DNA of 64,000 nucleotides from Phoronis australis (taxonomy: Eukaryota; Animalia; Phoronida). The stretch is taken from assembly GCA_002633005.1 (NCBI GenBank), contig NMRA01000035.1, forward strand, positions 1,431,214-1,495,213. The letters are read 5' to 3'. Below the pieces are notes generated by a model. The model had not been told where the DNA came from and did no database searches. It saw only the letters and a program-made list of their open reading frames with translations. This document shows positions 60,501 to 64,000 of this stretch, in pieces (position 1 is the first letter of the stretch; every line of letters starts with the position of its first letter). A program made the translations under genes and the position numbers.

Positions 60501-63500
60501 GTTTTGTTTTTGTTGTGCCTATGGCTGTATCTCCTAAACCGTTCGCAGGATCTTTACTTAATTTAGCAAATGTATTTATGTGATCTTGACTACGGATGGC
60601 GACGACTTTCAGACAGATCTGAATACTGCTGTGCCCCCTAGTGTCAATTTTAGTTTTTTACGTTTAACTCAGTATGGTCCTCAACAGATTTTCATAAAAA
60701 TTTGAATATAGGCATCTATTGGTGTGATGATGCTGTCTGCCTGTTTTTGGATGGAATCGAGGTATTTTGCACCACTTAGTGGCCACTTTTGCTGTTTTCA
60801 AATCTTGTTTTTGGTGTCCATCCCTGTATCAACCAAATCATTTGAAAATTGGCATATATGTTCTCAGTGTGAAGACGACCTTTGATGATGGTGACTGATT
60901 ACTGTGGCGCCTACTAGTGGCAGTTTTGTTTTGCGCCCATAGTTGTATCTCTTAAACCCACTGCAGGATCTTTACTAAATTTAATAAGTGTATTTATATG
61001 AAGATAACAACAGACGACGACCACTTTCAGGCGGATCCAACGGACACTGTGCCCACTAGTGGCAATTTCATTTTATTCTGTTTCCCTTCGTTTCTCTGAA
61101 GTTCCTTGATAGATTTTTATGAAATATGGCATGTTCTCGTTTTTGGGTGGATTGTGTGTTTTTGCGCCATCTAGTTTCCTTTTTTATGATACAAAGAAAC
61201 TACTCTAAAAGTACACCATTTGCAATGCATTCGTGGGCGCATTTCACCGCTCCGCGTTGCTCTTGTTGGAAAAGGGGGCGTCTTTTCGAAAACTATTTTA
61301 AACATTTTGTGTTGCAGTTTTTGTTAAAGAAAAGTTATTAGTAATTTTTTAAGTCGATATGTCCTTTTTATGCACGTAGTTGTAAACCACTAGTACAAAA
61401 TTTATTCGTCCATACCTGTTTGGCACTCGAGCAAACACAACGTGTTAAAGGTCTCCTTCATGCTATCAGAACAACCCATCAGATTTTGGCAAGTCATGCT
61501 AACTACCGAAAATACGCCCATGCGTTTGAAAATTTTTCCGAAAATACGCATGGCGACTGGACCACTCGCAGTGACGATCCACAACTGGTCGAAGTAAGAG
61601 AATGCTCTTGTGTGGCTTCAGTGACGTTGGGCTCCATCTTGTTTGGGGATTTCGGGAATAGAAGGGGTGCAAACGCCAAAACATTTCATGGAGGAACGGT
61701 GCAGTTGTATCTTGTAGCAAAGGGTACTGAGGAACACTGACGCACTTCCAGCATGCGATGGAAGGTGTACGGTGAGTGTAGAATCTACGTTGGGCATTTA
61801 GGGCTGTTGTGGTTTGCACTAACGTCCAGCATACGCGAAGGCAGTGACTACACGGAAACCACCATTCGGTTGGCGGGAGTTCCCCTCCTTCTCGAGGAAT
61901 GTAGTGTAACCCGTCCCTTTCGCTGTGGAGCCTGGCCGGGGCTGATATATACCACAGCCTTGAATAGAACTGCAGACCACGGGCAGCTGCAAACACTTGG
62001 ACTGAACGGATAAGTGTACTTGCCCACAACACTGCGAAACAACTTTTCGGGTTGCAAGTTATAGCAAAGAGTCTGGGTCCAACATAACAGAACTTGAAAA
62101 CTGTAAAGTAGCTGCCGCTGTGAGACTACAAATGGTGCTGGTTGGTAGTGTGAGATCAGCGTACTTGAGCAAGCGACGGTATCAAATAGTGGCTCCATGG
62201 TTGAAATACACCTGGGTCAAGGCCCGGGGAGACGACAACTTACAGAAATTCTCCTGGCCATAAGACGGCAGAATGCCTCGGTGGTCGTAACACGTGTGTC
62301 TGCGTTAGGCGGACATGGTGTTGGTGGAAGTTATCGGACAATAACTTGCTTATTGGCCATCTGTGAGCTCCAGATGGTGACGCGTCTGAGCTGCTTGTGT
62401 CCTTCAGGGACGTCATTTCCGTTTTCGACCAAACCCTGATGATGTGCGATACTTCTCCTCTTTCTCCATGACGCACTATCGACAAGGAAATCAGCAAAGT
62501 TCCCTTCAGGAGATAAGATTTAGAATAAGTTTCAATGCCAAGCTTCACAAGTAGTTATTGTCTCATCTTTGGTCTAGGACCAAATGTATAATAACTATTT
62601 CCACCAATTGTTGGCTTTCCTCCTTTGCCATGTCTAGCGTAGATGGATTAGGTTCTGTACGTGGCTGCGTTCACTCGACAAAATCATAATTTTGCATCAA
62701 GTTGCATTTTAAACTTGGTCCATTAAACATGACTTAATGTTGCATCAAGTCAATCTGATGGCTGCAACAATTTAGGTTAAGCAATTATTGGCTCTCATAC
62801 TGACGCATTTGGTCGTAACAAAACACGCTATCTGTCACATACTGTCACACATGTTACGTGGTTCTCACTCTTATGGACAGTTCAAGAAAGAAACGAGACA
62901 GTTTTTGTGAGCGACAACTTGTAACCTACGTATTTGACTAGACCACAAATTGTAGAAACGAATTGTTTCAACAGCTTGTGTTTGAGGATTGCGATAGTTT
63001 GTACTGTTGTGACAATTTGGAGTCTAGGAGTCATCCGATGTGAACTTATACTATAGACCTGTTTTCCTGCAACAATTCTATTAATTCGTAAACAAACTTC
63101 GAAATTGATGTTTCTGTGAATGTGCACTACGCAGATGATTTAAACATTTTTATACGAATTATTAATCTGTTGAATGAATTATACGAAAAGATGGTCACGT
63201 GATAAACCATAGCAACATGCCCTTTGAACGTTGATCTGGACCGCGTTCCGTAAGATAGAAATTTTGATACTCGACCATCCTTCGAGAATCTTCCCCTCTT
63301 TGACGAATTTTACTTTCACCATTCGTCCATCACTTACTAATCGGGCTTCAACGACCAATAACTCTCGTAGAGATTTCGCTTGTGTATGCGTGTGAGGTGG
63401 CCAGCTTAGTTATGAAACAATTCGCCTTCACTCGCGTGATCTAACCAAATTTGTAAGAAATTTGTCCTTCTTAACGTATGCTGGTAATTTACTTCAACCA

Positions 63501-64000
63501 ACTCTAACGTACGTGTGTCACAGGTAGCTGACTAGTCCGTCTATTACTGCTACTTGATTGTTTCTATGCGATGACAACTGACTTAGAAATGCTTCGCAGC
63601 TCGGAAGGTGTATTCCCGTTACGTATTAGTCTGTTCGTACATCTATGGCACTCATGTCAGCTACGATGTCCTTTCAGTTTTAAGACTTCTGAAGTTGTGA
63701 TTGAATTTAATTGAACTTGAAATGTATCCAGTTAGATCCCTTCTCTCGTTTAAAAATGTTTTGATTTTCATCGCGCATGCTCTCTGACTTTATAATTGCA
63801 CCTTCTGTCGCATTTATTTAATTATTTCGTGCTAATAAATCATTCTACTCCTTAGTATTTCCTGGACAACCAAAGTGAAAGATATCCTAGAGGACTTCAA
63901 ACTGCTTGATGACTACATCACCCAGGAGGCGACAATTGATGATTTAGTGGCCCACAGAACAGGTCTGGCACAGTGTGACTTCGCGTGGCTTAATGGCGAG
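57332..64000 (+). CDS. Beta-lactamase/penicillin-binding-protein family serine hydrolase (AmpC-like; gigasin-6-like class), 5' part only
   Basis: Exon 57332-57585 (VPGLGLAIVK..GYGLAD..VTDDSLFPIASMSK, catalytic SxxK) joins GG|gtgagc..ccttag|T to exon 63856->64000 (ISWTTKVKDILEDFKLLDDYITQEATIDDLVAHRTGL). Confidence 0.9.
58925..58963. promoter_or_regulatory. Candidate intronic immune/stress enhancer motif cluster
   Basis: TTCTCGGAA (STAT), CGGAATTTCC (Rel/kB-like), TGACGTCA (CRE), TGACTCA (AP-1) within 39 bp. Confidence 0.45.
60010..61267 (+). mobile_element. DINE-1/HINE-like non-autonomous Helentron with internal tandem array
   Basis: 5' TTTTT plus subterminal hairpin ATGTGTCCGCAT..ATGGGGACGCAT, (GTCC)n microsatellite, 8 x ~140-bp tandem units, 3' GGGCGCAT plus short hairpin and CTTGTT; inserted at TT. 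Confidence 0.8.
63856..64000 (+). CDS. Beta-lactamase-family next coding exon (truncated by window)
   Basis: TIxDLxxHxxGL motif; phase matches the previous exon. Confidence 0.9.

Overview
AT-rich eukaryotic (invertebrate, probably lophotrochozoan/mollusc-like) genomic DNA with two assembly gaps (16303-16605, 53965-54015). Four spliced protein-coding genes were reconstructed by hand; most exons are not evident from the ORF track. (1) The 5' part of lethal(2) giant larvae (minus strand, 6 coding exons, 28957->3303, runs off the left edge), whose second coding intron is a ~13 kb U12-type minor intron. (2) A complete 8-exon minus-strand gene (45938->34981, 368 aa) encoding a predicted mitochondrial presequence, a flavin reductase domain and an uncharacterised ~135-aa HxxH-containing C-terminal domain. 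(3) Head-to-head with it, a nearly intronless mitochondrial isoleucyl-tRNA synthetase (IARS2, 49130-53519, 973 aa). (4) The 5' part of a beta-lactamase/PBP-family serine hydrolase (57332->, runs off the right edge). Its intron holds a packed STAT/kB/CRE/AP-1 motif cluster and a DINE/Helentron-like element with eight co-oriented CTCF-like motifs at ~140 bp spacing. Introns and intergenic DNA contain many MITEs, a tRNA-derived SINE, a foldback with a minimal hammerhead-like motif, and an uncollapsed haplotype duplication that shows a presence/absence MITE insertion. No searches could be run; family assignments come from recognised motifs.
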